Origin: the human T2T-CHM13v2.0 reference genome, Homo sapiens
Direction: 5' to 3' (one strand)
NCBI RefSeq assembly: GCF_009914755.1
Contig: NC_060947.1
Length of the DNA stretch: 64,000 nucleotides
The translations under genes were made by a program, and so were the position numbers. This document shows positions 45,622 to 59,560 of this stretch, piece by piece (position 1 is the first letter of the stretch; each line of letters begins with the position of its first letter). The notes under the pieces are model-generated. The model made no database searches. It had not been told where the DNA came from and saw only the letters and a program-made list of their open reading frames with translations.

Positions 45622-48600
45622 TCATTCAGTGACACTGGATAAAATAAAAATTAGATTCACTTAGAAAATAATAATTCGTGCTCTCAGACCAGAATTCTGT
45701 GTCTCAGCAAATAAGATCCAGTGTTAATCATAGTCCTAAACCAGGGCTTAAAGAATGTAGGCAGCACACCATACCCTGGCTTCTCATCTGTTAAGCTTCT
45801 CTCCACCTGACCCCATGTGTCTACCATAGATTATTATATACCGATTTAACAAATATTCTTCAGAACATTAAACTAAAAACCATTTTCACCTATCTTTCAA
45901 AGAAAATCTCTTTTAGAAGAGTGTTATGTGGCATCTATTTAAATTGCCAATTTTTCTGGTAATCATCCTTTTACTCTCTGTACAAGAGTTCAATTTTTAA
46001 GAAAATTTTAGATACCTAAGTGACAAATAATTGTAATTCTGTATCTGGTTCTAGAAATCATTTTTTACAAACTTTTAAATAATGAAGAAGCTCTTATTAA
46101 CCTGATCGAAATACTCTTAAAAGAAATATTAGCCATTGAACTGCAGGTTGAGAATGCTCTAATAATATGCATATTGTGATTATTTTCAAGATTGTCACAA
46201 ATAAGCCATAGAGCAACCAGTGTCAATACATGGAAATAATCCCTACATGCTCAGCCATGGCATGAACACATTTTCTAGAACACTTAGAAATATTAAAATT
46301 CTTATGGTTGAACATAATCAATAAAAAGGTATAGTTTATTACTTTAGAAAAATCTGAATGAGAAAAATCATTTCTATCCTCAACTACTGATAATTAAGTA
46401 ATCTTTCAAAAATTTTTCTTTCCATTATAAAGATAAATTAGAATACCTGTAATTTCTAAGATGCTTCTCATTACAATTACCTATGGGCAACAGTTCAGCT
46501 ATACGTTATAAAGTCTAAAAGGTTAATGTTATACTTTAAATATATTTAATGAAGACGGATCTATTGAAAGATTTACTATCTTGATACGTAGTGTCCAGTC
46601 ATCACAGATAACAGACACTAAGTGGTACAGATCAGCTGACTAGAGAAAACTAAGGGTTGATCCTGTGAACTTTCTTGAGAAATAGAAATATTCCAAAATA
46701 ACTTTTTGACACCACTGGGAAACTGTGAACTCATTTTCTAGAAAATTCCGTGTTATTAAGTTTGAATATTCTCATTTATTATAGCAATCTGATATATACA
46801 ATAATGTTTAATATATAGACTTTTTTGTAATTTTCATATACAAGAAACTACCAGAAATTGAATCAAAAGAGAACCAGACATTTGGAGATCTAGTTTGCTA
46901 TCTATTCCTTAAAAGTATAGCATTCCTATTGACACAGTCATGCGAATCTATAATGAGAAAACTACATCCATTGAATGACTTTCAGTTTGGTTTAATAAAA
47001 ATTTCAGACAGTTATTTAAAAATCAGTGTAATTAGAAATATCATGTTCATTTTCTCTTCTTTATGCAAAATCCAGGTACTCATTCAGATTAATCCTTTTC
47101 ATTTGAATTTCATTAACTCTGCCTTGAATAATTTTATCCTTCTGAGTTCTGATGTGTACAAATCCCGTCTAACCTTTTGAAAATCAACTTGCTTTTGTTA
47201 ATGTTCTTTACCACCTTATATCATTATAGATACTCATGCATCATTAGCAAGGAAATGCTATAATCTGATTAATTCATTTTATTTCTTTGTGTTTATTTTC
47301 ATTTTTAACCATATATACCCCAAAGAATATACTAGCCTCATTTTCTAGAAACAAAAAGATATGTGAAAGAAACCATAAAATGCCTATTTTTATTTAAAAA
47401 TGAAAAGTTCGATCAATGCTTAATGACTATTATAGAACACAATTATGATTTGTATGATCTAAACTTAAAGTCAAAACAGTTTTAAGATTCTGAGCTGTGT
47501 AAATAGGCACAGGTATCACTCACAAAGTTTTGAATACATTTTCATTCATCTGAAACTTAAGTTATCACATTCTTTTCATTACATAAAATTTGTTTCTTGA
47601 AGGGCCATAACTGCAAAGGATAAAAGCAATCCTGTTTTGAAACAAATGGTGCATTATGTCTAGGTTTTTAAACAAAATGTTTTCCTCCATGATTTAAAAG
47701 ACTTCTTTCTCCTTTAAATGCATTGAGGTTACTGGCCCATTTATGAGTTATGAGGTCAAAGAAACTCAAGAAGAAAAATGTGCTATATGACATATGATTA
47801 TGACATATGCCACAAAATAACTATATATCTCATATAAATATGGCACATGAAAAATATATCAATGCATCAAAAGTGTAACAAAAATAGACTATTATCTTGA
47901 CCAAAAACAGTAAAATAGTGATGGAGCCTTTTTTTTTTTAACTGCGTTGGTGTTAATGAAGATGAAAATAAGCAAATCCTCAAAGTAAGATTTATTAATG
48001 ATTTAGTGTGAGCTATAATATGAAAATCTATGAGCCATAATATGAAAGTATGTCAGTTTGTATCTGATTATCTTTCCTCAAAGGGACATTCTTAAATATT
48101 ATGGATTATTTAAAAGTAATAACACAATGATATGTAAATCCAAAATAGGACTGCAGGCTTTAAGTAGGTTCTGATGGGTCATAAATGAAAAGGCAATGGG
48201 AAAGACTTAAGTCTTAGACAAGTAGCTCTGTCTCTTAGCCCCACAAGTCTTCAGAGAAAGACAAGTTTCCTTCTAGGAATCATTACAGTAATAAACAAAG
48301 TTGAGAGATTTTTTATTTATTTCTCCTGGACAATTATAATAGGCATTGTAAGCATAAAAATGCAAATCACAAACAAATTAGGCAAAAATATTGTATTGGT
48401 CCAGGGTGATTAAAAAACCCCAAACAATAAAGCATAAAAACAAAACAACATGATGCAGGTGAGACGGGTATGGTTTTAATCTGCGTTGTCACTGTTTTGG
48501 ATACATATAATGGCATGACAATAACAGCATTCTGACAGTACTTCGTTTTGTCTGTTTTAGTCAAGTCACTGGGTAGAAAGATGTTGAATAATCAATCTAA

Positions 48601-50440
48601 TGAGTCTAAGCATATTGGTTATGACCGTGCATAGAAAAAATAGCAATGAGAGAGTGTTTGCTCTTATGTGATTTCCCCCTTCCTATTGCATCATCTAAAA
48701 AATTGCTTATGTGAAGCTATGTAACCAAAAAAAGGGCCTGTCCATCTCAGAATAATTATTCAGAATCAATGAACAATTTACCCCCTTTGTTTAAAAAGAA
48801 TAAAACTCACTAACATACACAAAATAGTCAAGGTAAAATATGAAAGAAAATCATCCTTTATGCCCATATTATTTATTTTCTAAAGTTAGAATTAATTTTT
48901 AAAGCAGGGCAGGCTGTCAGCGAAAAAGATATGCAGATGATGCTGGATTTGCCAGTCTTTAAATACACCCTGCTTCTAGAAGGCCAGGTATAAATAGTGT
49001 CCTATGTAAAAGGTCTGGACAGACCTGCTCATTGACCTGCCTCATGTGGATTCTGACTTTCTACACCATGAAATTTACCTAATTCCTCAGGGCCAAGCTC
49101 AATTACTATCAAATTAAGCTGATAAACTGAATCTGGAAAATGTGTTAATGGCTTATAGTGGTTTAAAGTCTTTCGTTTCAAAGGACAACATTTGCATTTT
49201 TATACAGATTTTCAAAGAATTAACATAAATTAGTAACTTGATAAAATTTTAGTCACTAAGTATGGCCTGTGAGAGAAGAGAAAGAAAAGGGCTTTGGTTG
49301 CCACCAAGATAAGTATCAACACATAAGCAGCAATATATAAGCACCAACAATCATGGCCTGCTTTGTAAAACCATCTCCAAAAAATAACCTATAAATTAAT
49401 AGATAAGGTTATACACCCTAGCCAACTTATAAGGCAGCAAAAAATAAATGCAGCAAAGACTCATGCCTAGTACCTAGCATACAGTATGTTATCAAAAATA
49501 TTTGTTGGATAAATTAATGAAAAAACAAGTATCAACTTAACAGGATAATTATAAGATAGATATGTGGTTACAATTGCTGGGATTTACATTTATAATTTAT
49601 ATTTAGGAATATTCAGAATTCAAACAGGAATATTTTCTTCATTTTATAATGCAATCTTTATTGTCATAGATTTAAAAGGTATATCTGATTTCACTATGTC
49701 GCATTTCTTCAATTCATAGCACATTAGCTACATGCTATTGTACATGCGTGCTTAGGTCCTTAAATTGTCTTTTAGTTACTAATCTGACTCATTATACTTG
49801 AATACAAACATAAGCAATTATTTGAGGTAATGACATATAGACGATATTAAGATATACTGATTTTAGCTTCTTCATGGGTATCATAATGTCTATTAGCAAA
49901 TTGAAGGGTATGAGAAGACTTGTATTCAAAAAATCATTTTAACCTTTGATAACTCTTCCCAAACTCTTCTCATAAAAGTTTTCGTTTACATATCTAGTAT
50001 ATATTTTTTATTTTAAGCTATTCCAAAATTTCAGCTTGGGAATACTTGCTATAGCAATCTTTTTGTATGTTGACAAGCAAATCGAACCCTCCCTCCACCT
50101 CACACACATACTTATACTTAATTCAGTGTGAAAATAAAAGTAACACAAGAAAAAATAAGTATGGAAAGACCTTAAATACTGCAGTTATATTTCACCCTCC
50201 TATATCGCTTTTAACTTCTGTTGCCTTGTGGATCTGTCAACTTGAGTAGATTTTTCAGAATAAACTCACACTTTTATTTCTATATTACATTTGTCACACC
50301 CCTCAGAAAATGTGGACACTATCTCTAGATTAATGCGGCAACTCAGTATCTATGTCTAAATATGCATGTGTCATAATTATGTTTTTCAAGGAAGTATTCT
50401 CTTCATTAGAAATGCGAGTGATAGTAAAGATGCATATAAT

Positions 50441-50646
50441 TACACTATCCCGTATGGTAGTCATTAGCTACACTTGACGAAAGAAATGTAAATCTAAATT
50501 ATTTAAAAGCAAATACAATTAAAAACTTAGTACATCTGTTTTTACTAGCCATGTTTTAAGTTCTCAGTAGCCTCAATAGCTACTTTATTGGACAGTGTAG
50601 ATATAGAACATTGCCATCATCTCAGAAAGTTCTATAGGACAGTGCT
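50441..50646. mobile_element. MER3-like hAT-Charlie element
   Basis: ttattggacagtgtagatatagaacatt...catctcagaaagttctataggacagtgct. Confidence 0.7.
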
Positions 50647-52371
50647 AATCTAGAGAATGACAATACATTTTATTTATAGAAAAGGTTAATACCAAAGTAT
50701 GTTCTGTAATCGTTTTTTATTCTACTCAGTCTCTGTCCAAAGGGCTGTCTAGTACTTAATGTGGTTAAAGTTACCTAATGAGCACTCAATTAATATTCTT
50801 TTATAATGGCAATCATACAAGAAAGAAAGATTTGTTTCTTTTTCAAATTGCTTATTAAAATATAACAATGTGTTCTATTTTAAATAATGTGAAAACTAAG
50901 ATTATATGAATAATTCTAATGCTGGTATTATATCTATCAGAAAATACTTGTAGCCTAGTTTTTTCACAAAGGTAATTTAGACAGGCTACTAAATCCAAAC
51001 TAAAATGTCACAAGGTGAAAACTCAACTAATTTGTTATTATTCTATATCCAATTGATTTTACTGAATTGCTAATACACTGTATTTTGTTTTCAGGTAGAC
51101 ACAGCCTAAATCTGTAAGTAATCTCACTCAACTCTGAAGATAATTAATTTAAAAACCTATTATTGTGAATTATACATAATTTGCATTATTTATATGGTCA
51201 AAGCTTATTAATTATATATATGCACATGTATGTATGTACGTGTCTGTGCAAATACAGACACACAAAATAGAAATGTTGAGAATGGGTAAATCACATCGTA
51301 GATATGTTTTCTGTTTCACTTTGAACTGAGTCCATGCAACGTCAAGATAATCACAACTAACTGCTACAATTTAGAAGAATATATGTATCAGGACCTCAAA
51401 TTATGGAAAAAAAAATTGCAGGTGAAGAGAGAATGATGATGAACTGGTGATATTTCAAAGTTATGTGTATCTTGGCACGATCTGAGACAGAAATGATGGA
51501 TCTGATGGTTTTCAAGTATATATGTGGAATGATCTGTTGGAGACCATTGATTTAAGGAGATCTGTTTGACTTAAGAAGGGGGTCAGTACCTGCTAGTTTG
51601 TTTCATGCAGGCATTACTGGAGAGTGGCTGTACTACATGGTTGAGGACAGCCTTACTTCCACCCCTTGTCCATGAGATCAGAGATGTTTTCCCATATGTA
51701 AATTTTGTGAATAGGTTTCAGCTTGTTAAATAATTATTCATCAGATCAAAACAACAACAACAACAACAAAACTTCCAGTATCCATGTTGCTTCTCAATCA
51801 ATCACTATGCATCAAAATATCAAAACCTTAACTGCATTTGCGCCAAGACATTTTACATTCTTTGACTTAGGCATGAGAGAAAATAAAGCAAAGGCTTTTT
51901 CAGAAGACACAAGGGGCTGGAGAGAAAGACAAAGCTGAGAGTCCATACAAGTAGTATACTAGAAGATACGGAAGGTACATTTAATAAAAATAAAATTAGA
52001 AACATTAAAAGGTTAACATTAGAGCACAGAAAGCCTGTTACCTAGTTTTTAAATAACAATAGACAACTTAGAAAAGAGAATGATCATGGCTAAAAATAAA
52101 ATATGGGTTCTTTACAGTCAACCAGAAGAAGTATATCACAATTTAAAGACAAATAGAAATAAACTGACATTAATAGTGAAAAAATAAGAGACTTAGAGAA
52201 CAGATCTAAGATACCTATTAAGCAATGATAAGTACCAGAATGAGAAAAAAGAAGAGATGGAAGATTTGTAATAATTAAAACAATCATAATAGAAAATTTT
52301 CCAGAGCTAAAGAAGTTATTAATATTAATTGGTTATTTAAAACGTTACCCAAGTGCAAAAAAGAATTAAAT

Positions 52372-52688
52372 AAGTGGTGGGTCACAACTGAAATCCCAGC
52401 ACTTTAGGAGGCTGAGGTGAGAAGATTACTTGATTCCAGGAGTTCAAGACCAGCCTGGGCAACATAATGACACATCATCTCTACAAACAAATGTTTTAAA
52501 AATTAGCCAGTCATGGTACTGATGGCCTGTAGTCCCAGCCACTAAAGAGGCTGAGGCAATAGGATCTCCTGAGCCTAGGAGTTGGTGGCTGCAGTGAGCT
52601 ATGATTGCATCGCGGCACTCCAGCTTGGGCAATAGCAAGACCCTGTCTCAAAAATAAAAACAAAATAAAATAAAATAAAATAATAAAC
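52372..52688 (+). mobile_element. AluJ
   Basis: Diverged dimer with ggctgcagtgagctatgattgc and a (TAAAA)n tail. Confidence 0.9.
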
Positions 52689-53084
52689 AGGGACACATTT
52701 AGAAACATTTAAAATTATATCTTAATGAAATTTCTGTACTTCAATAGATGGGACAGACAGCAACTTTAGAGTTTGAGAGAAAGAAAAAAGGTTAAATACA
52801 AATAAATGATACTTGGACTAGAATCAGACTTTACACTGGAAACAATAGTAGCTTGAAGATAGTTGAAACAAGAAAACAATGGAAACTGGAAGACAATTGT
52901 TCATAACCTACAGAGACTACTAAAAAAAGAGGAGAGATATTAAAGAATGTTACTATCCAATAAATCCATCATGATGACTGCAAAGCAAAGATCATTTCGA
53001 AAATGCAAGGTTTACAAAGTTTACATCCTTTATGTTTTTACGAGGACATTTCTCATGTGTTCCAACCAAATTAAAACTGAAGTA

Positions 53085-53422
53085 CAGTTGGCCCTCTGTA
53101 TCCATGGGTTCCACATTTGTGGATTTAACCAGTCATCGATCGAACACATTTGCAAAAATACATGGATGGCTGTGTCTGCACTGAACATGTACAGACATTT
53201 TTATTGCCATTATTCCCTAAACAATACTGCATAACAACTATTTACATAGCATTTACATTGTATTGGGTACTATAAATAATCTAGAGATGATATGAAGTGT
53301 TCAGGAGGGTGTCCATAGTTACATGCAAACACTATGCCATTTTATATAAATAATTTGAGTATTCTTGAATTTTGATATCAAAATGCTGAAACCAGTGCCC
53401 CACAGACACTGAAGGATGACTG
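53085..53422 (-). mobile_element. MER2 TcMar-Tigger element
   Basis: ta|cagttggccctctgtatccatgggttcc...acactgaaggatgactg terminal inverted repeats. Confidence 0.85.
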
Positions 53423-54059
53423 TGTAATAAAGATTTCAAAACAATGAGAAATAAACGGTACAAAAAAACAGTGACAGGAAATACACCTTGTGTCGTTTGT
53501 GGTCAAATTTTATGAAGTGATAGTGTAATTTAAGTAATAACATGACATCTTGAACTAGTATGTGATACTACAAGTGAAAACAATAGTAGCCAGGAAATAA
53601 AATTATAAATTATTTCTTTTTAAAGGATTTTGCCTTTGATTGAAAATAATGAGGAGTTGACTAAGTAAATCATCTTGGTGATGAGGGCATTGTTCTTATT
53701 TAATTTTGGCGCAACACTACAGAAATATAGGCATAAAATTGTTGTTTAAAATGGGAAACAGCACTAGTAAAATGATAGTACAAAGTATAACTTATAAATA
53801 ACCTATAAGTGCGGGAAGAGATGCAGTAGAGTGCAGTGAAGAAGATGATGAATTATAAAATTATAGACAAGGGATAAGAGTAAATAAAATGATAAAATAA
53901 TGACCATCAATATGACAAGGAATTAAAACAGACACAGTTATAAGAGTTATTGTAAAAATGAAGTTGGTTAAAATGTCTCATCTAAAGATGAACTATCTAT
54001 CATTTTTATATCTTCATAAGATCAAGCACGTATTGGTAAGAATATGTGATTTTTTTTTA

Positions 54060-54385
54060 TAGATACCAGAGGCTGGGAAGAGTGTAGGTGGGCGGAATGG
54101 GTGAAGAGAGATTGGTTACTGGGTACGGACATACAGTTGCATAGAAAGAGTAAGTGCTAATGTTTGAAAGAAGAGTAGGGTGACTATAATCAACAATATA
54201 TTGTATCTCTCAAAATACCTAGAAGAGAGGAGTTGAACTATTTCCAACACATATAAATGATAAATACTTGAGATGATGGATACCCTAACTATCCTGACTT
54301 AATCATTATACATTCTATGCATGTAGCAAAATATTACATGTACCCTATAAAGATGTAAAAATATTTGCATAAGTTAAAAAGACAA
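54060..54385 (+). mobile_element. L1MA 3'UTR fragment
   Basis: taccagaggctgggaag...gtagggtgactata...gatggataccctaactatcctgactt...catgtaccctataaa. Confidence 0.8.
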
Positions 54386-54427
54386 AATTATCTAGTTTAA
54401 AATGCACACTCCATCTATAGGCTGTTT

Positions 54428-54583
54428 ACAAGAAACATAAAAATACAAGGTCACAATGCTGCGTTAATGGTGATTTAGAAAACCATTTTTTAAAAAGTGA
54501 AAGTCACAAGAAACATAAAAATACAAGGTCACAATGCTGCGTTAATGGTGATTTAGAAAACCATTTTTTAAAAAGTGAAAGTC
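54428..54583. repeat. Perfect 78-bp tandem duplication
   Basis: 54428-54505 is identical to 54506-54583 on base-by-base reading. Confidence 0.95.
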
Positions 54584-55890
54584 AAAATAATAGCATCAAA
54601 TGAAGTATAGTTCAAGACCGAAAAGCACTAAATGGGTCTCAGAGAACCATTGTAATGACAAAAATCACACTTCTTCCCAAAGCACAGTAGTCATTAATTG
54701 CTATGCCCCAAACAATTGGGTGCATTCTACATAAGGTAAAAATTACTAGAAATAAAAGGAGAACATGATAAAATCATAGCTGTAGTTGGTACCTTACATA
54801 CAACTCTTCTGTAATTTGTTAGATTAAAATAGACAAAAAATACAAATAAAAAACAAGAATAGAGGTGGTTTAAAACCGACAAGCTAAATTTAATCCGTAT
54901 TTTGTGCACACTGGAAAAAGCATATTCTCCTATTTACTTGGGACATCAAAAATTACATAGAGAGGAAACTTTTAAAAGCATCAAAAAGAAAGATTTGATA
55001 GGCCACCTTTTCTAATCAAAATATAATAATCCAGAAATGTAGAAGAATAATAGAATACATTTTGATTCATCATCTAAGACTTTCACAAAGAATGTATAAG
55101 ATCTATATACATTACCTGGGAACATGTTTCTAATTGACTGTTATATTTAAAATAATACACAGAATAAAGCAGTATTTTTTAAAAAAGTAAAATATATCTA
55201 TATATACTATTCATTGGTAAGAATGAACAGTATATGGAATATAGTACAAAGAGATATCTAAGACTAAACTATAGACTTTTTAAAGACTAAATTGTAGACT
55301 TTTTTTTTGCTTCAGTGAGGGAGGAATCAGCAGAATGAAGAAATGAAGAGTAGTAAAGTTTCCTTAATCTACCTTTGTATTAATTGATTAAAGTAATACT
55401 GCAATACATTTAAAATAATCGCACAGAGCTCTGAACTAGCACTAAAGAGTAGATGCAAATAGATACAGATTTCAAGGTAAATTGAGTCTTTACATAACAT
55501 ATTTATCAGTAGGCATGGCCCCCTCTAATTGACTTTATTGTTCATAATAGACTTCACTTCTATTCAAGCTGCAGGAAGGCATGTACTACTAATTGGCTCC
55601 CAATATTATGGAAGCATAGACTAAGACAAAATTCAGAAGGGAGAATGAAAGCATTTTGAAACAATTTCACATCATCACCTAAAACCATATTGGTGCCCCT
55701 CACTGCATACCCAATTGACAGAAGAGTCGTGGCAAAGACTAGTGGCTGCTGTTGCCCATGAAGTAAAGAGAATTATTTTTAGGTGCCTGAGATTCCTGGA
55801 GATGAGGAAATTTAACAGCCAATGGCTAATAGCACTCTTATGTGACAGCATCCAATACTCGATATATTTTAATTGATCTTAAGTACTCAA

Positions 55891-55993
55891 TTTTTTTTTT
55901 TTTTTTTTTTGAGACGGAGTCTCGCTCTGTTGCCCAGGCTGGAGTGCAGTGGCTTGATCTCGGCTCACTGCAAACTACACTTCCCAGGTTCAA
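55891..55993 (-). mobile_element. Short Alu 3' fragment with T20 tail
   Basis: gagacggagtctcgctctgttgcccaggctggagtgcagtgg; stops after about 83 nt. Confidence 0.9.
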
Positions 55994-56711
55994 TTTATAA
56001 GCAACTAATTAAATAAGTATCACTAATGAGAAAAATACCCAAGCCAAAGTAAACATTTAGCTAAGGATATTGTAATCCATAAAAATACAACTTTTTGTTT
56101 GCATTTGAAATGACTGCTTCAATTCTCCCCATGTATTTGAAGTCACTTTGCTAAGCTGAAAAGTTTTCCTCTTTGGCCTGGCACATTAGACCATCTTTAT
56201 TTCCATGCCCTTAACTTGAAGGGACACTAATGACATTGTGATATACTGATAACAGTATTTACAAAATTATCTGACCTAATTCCAAATAACAAGTTTGAGA
56301 GTTACCCTGCATTCTATTCTTCTTTGAAATATGCACAACAATTTCATATACCTGCAATAAAAAGCAGGCAGTTAAAAAAACACAACTTTAGGAACTCGAC
56401 TAAAAGATGGAGAATAACCTACAAAAATCATAATCTTGATGAGTTCAGCAGGCATTTTTTTCAAAGCCAAAGGACATATTTTGCTAAGTAACTTAATAGA
56501 TGTAAATAGCAAATAACATATAGCATAGCTACATAAATAAGCATATGTGTAACATATATGAATACATTTATGTGTGCCTATGCAGCCTCAGATGTAAATA
56601 TAGAGATATAAGTTAGCTGGTGGCAGTGGTATGTGATTTAGGAAGCTAATATGCCATATGGCATTATGTATTAAACACTTTTGCACATAGGTAAGATATT
56701 AAAGATCCTTG

Positions 56712-57018
<307 letters not shown>

Positions 57019-59114
57019 CTAACTATATGAATAAACTATTGAAATAATTAAATTATCCATAAGTATAAAATGAAATAAACACTAATTATCTGTTCTCTCT
57101 CTCTGTCTCCCTTCCTCCATCCCTCCCTCTCTCATCTGTGTTGCCCTGTGCTAAATTATTTCCCCAAACTATGAGTCCATATATATAGGTTCTTTTTCAC
57201 CTTACTCGAGGCTGCAGCTATTATCTCCTGTTTCAGTCATTTATTCCTTCTGTCCCATTTTGACTTCAAAGCTACTAGGGGCACAAAAAAAAAAAGAGAT
57301 AATTAAGTTTATTAGAATTACCTCTTTAATCAAAGCAAAATTTTTAAAAAATCTCCAAAAAAGGATTTGGAAATTCATTTCATAATGAAATATAAGTAAG
57401 CTTTGGATTTCATGAACCTTAAAAAATCAATTTTGGGAATCGAGAGGCCTTTTGTTCTACTCCATTCCTGACTCTTGGCTGTGTTGCAGGTAAATTAAAA
57501 TGATATCCATCTGACCTCTGAATAAATAAAGTGCCACTGTGTGTATAGAAATGGTTATATTTAATATTATTTTCCCAAAATAATATATTTTGCCAGGTTA
57601 TAACTTTGCAAAATATGGTAATAGTCACTGAAGAAAACCATTTTTCTCTTACCAAAGATTACGCTCAATTCTTTTTTAAAAGTTTTGTGAATTTAATGAC
57701 ACCTTAGGCTTAATGTGCTCTACTTTACAATCCAGATAGTTTCTCCTAAAATAGCTTGTTCTCTGTCAATGTTCCAGGAAATAATAGTCATTGTATTATC
57801 CTATGGCAAGGATTCCAATATAAAATTGTTCTATTCTGTCCAGAAAATTTACAAGTTTTAACTCTAAAAACTCATATTGACACAATCAATTTTCACTCCA
57901 TTTTAGATCATATATTTTGAAAAGGTAATTAACTGAGAACTTGGATATGACTGTTCCTCCCCACAATCTCCTTGTAAAAGCAGCTACAACAGAAATAAAG
58001 TATTTTACCAAATAAAAAATAAATTTTTTTTCACTTCTCAAAACTTTTCAGAATACAAATTTAATTGGCTTATATTATATCCAGACCAATTATTTCTTAA
58101 ATAATAATTAACTAAAATGATGAACGTTAGAGTCTTTTGTCAATCACAAATAATTATGTTAATTATTAGTCATTATGATCACTGGGAAATAAAGAATGTG
58201 AAAAAAGCATGCATAATAACATTAACGCATTTTGTTAAGTTTTTGATCTTGATGCATTGTTTACAATTATGAAAAGGACAGAAAATGTAATACTTCTGTT
58301 TTGAATTAATTTTTGGATTCCAAATATCATCAGGAAATGATACTATTATGAGTTCTTTATATCACCAAAACAAACAAAAACAGATTCAAATCCAGAGGAT
58401 GAAAATATTTATACACAAGAAAATACCATTTTGGTACCTTTATTATTTGTAAGTGTTAACGTTGAACAATGTTAGACAAATGTCGTGATACCCTAATTCT
58501 ACTCTTTTTTGTGTATTTTGTCTTGTTTTTGCTCCTCACATGTGACAAAATAAATTCAAGAATGTTATTCCAGTGGATAACTGTTATGGGGCCAGTACTG
58601 CTTGCCGAACAGGCCATACATATAGGAGGTGATGGTTTTCATGCTTTCTCTTCCTCATTCTGAAACTTCAAGCAACCAATATAGAAACTTAGCAGGAATG
58701 GTATTCCTTCATGTAAATAAATTTATCTAAGTTGGTGGTTTACGGACATTGTATTTCATAGGTCAATAACAACATTACAAAAAAAAAAAACTATTAGGGA
58801 ACATCACAAAAGTTCTGCCCTTTACTTTTTCTAGTAAAGGACATTGTAACAAAATGAGAAGAAAGAAAAAGAAAGGCCATTTTAATACCTCCAAAACTGT
58901 TGAAACCCATAATTTTGAAAGAAAGGACAATTCTTGCATTAAAAAACTTTGCTTTATGAAAAGCTAAATAAAAAATTGCTCTTTTTTTTCTTTTCCTTAT
59001 GGACCATTGAAAACTTCTGGACCATGGCAGACTGGCATTAGGATACCACTGACATAAAAATACAGAACAACCAACTCTGAAACTGCAGGGATTTCCACAG
59101 GAAGATGTTATACA

Positions 59115-59560
59115 TTCATTCATTCAATCATTCATTCCACATATTTTCATTAAATACCTGCTCTGTGATAGACTCTATGTCTTGGGGAAACAGTGACTAA
59201 CAAGATAGAATAGGCTCCTGACTTCATCAAGCCTACATTCTAATGATAGCAGACAAATTATAAACAAGTAAACATGCAAAGGTAACATTTGCAGATTGCA
59301 GTAAATATTAGAAGGGAAACGTCTAGCTGATGTTCTAGAGCATGATGGTAAGGATAGAATGGATGTGGCGAACGACATAAAATAGGTTGTCGAAGGCAGG
59401 CCACCTGTGGAGATAATGTTCACTCTGCATCCTGCAATGTGACGGGAGACCAGCAAGGAAATATCCAGAAATAGAGGCCCAAGTCAAAGGAAACATAATT
59501 GCAATGACCTGAGGTAGAAGACATCTTGGCAAGTTTAAAGAAGAGGAGGGCTTTGTAGCA
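59115..59560 (-). mobile_element. L2 3' end
   Basis: (CATT)n tail followed by attaaatacctgctctgtg...caagcctacattcta. Confidence 0.75.

Larger units (their letters stand above)
52000..55050 (+). mobile_element. Highly decayed ancient L1M region hosting younger inserts
   Basis: gaaaattttccagagctaaag (ORF1-like); ctataggctgtttacaagaaac and tatgccccaaac (endonuclease-like). Confidence 0.5.

Noticed and set aside
58794-59123. 109-aa minus-strand ORF, and the 104-aa ORF at 34347
   Set aside because: No recognisable domain or dystrophin similarity; consistent with chance ORFs.
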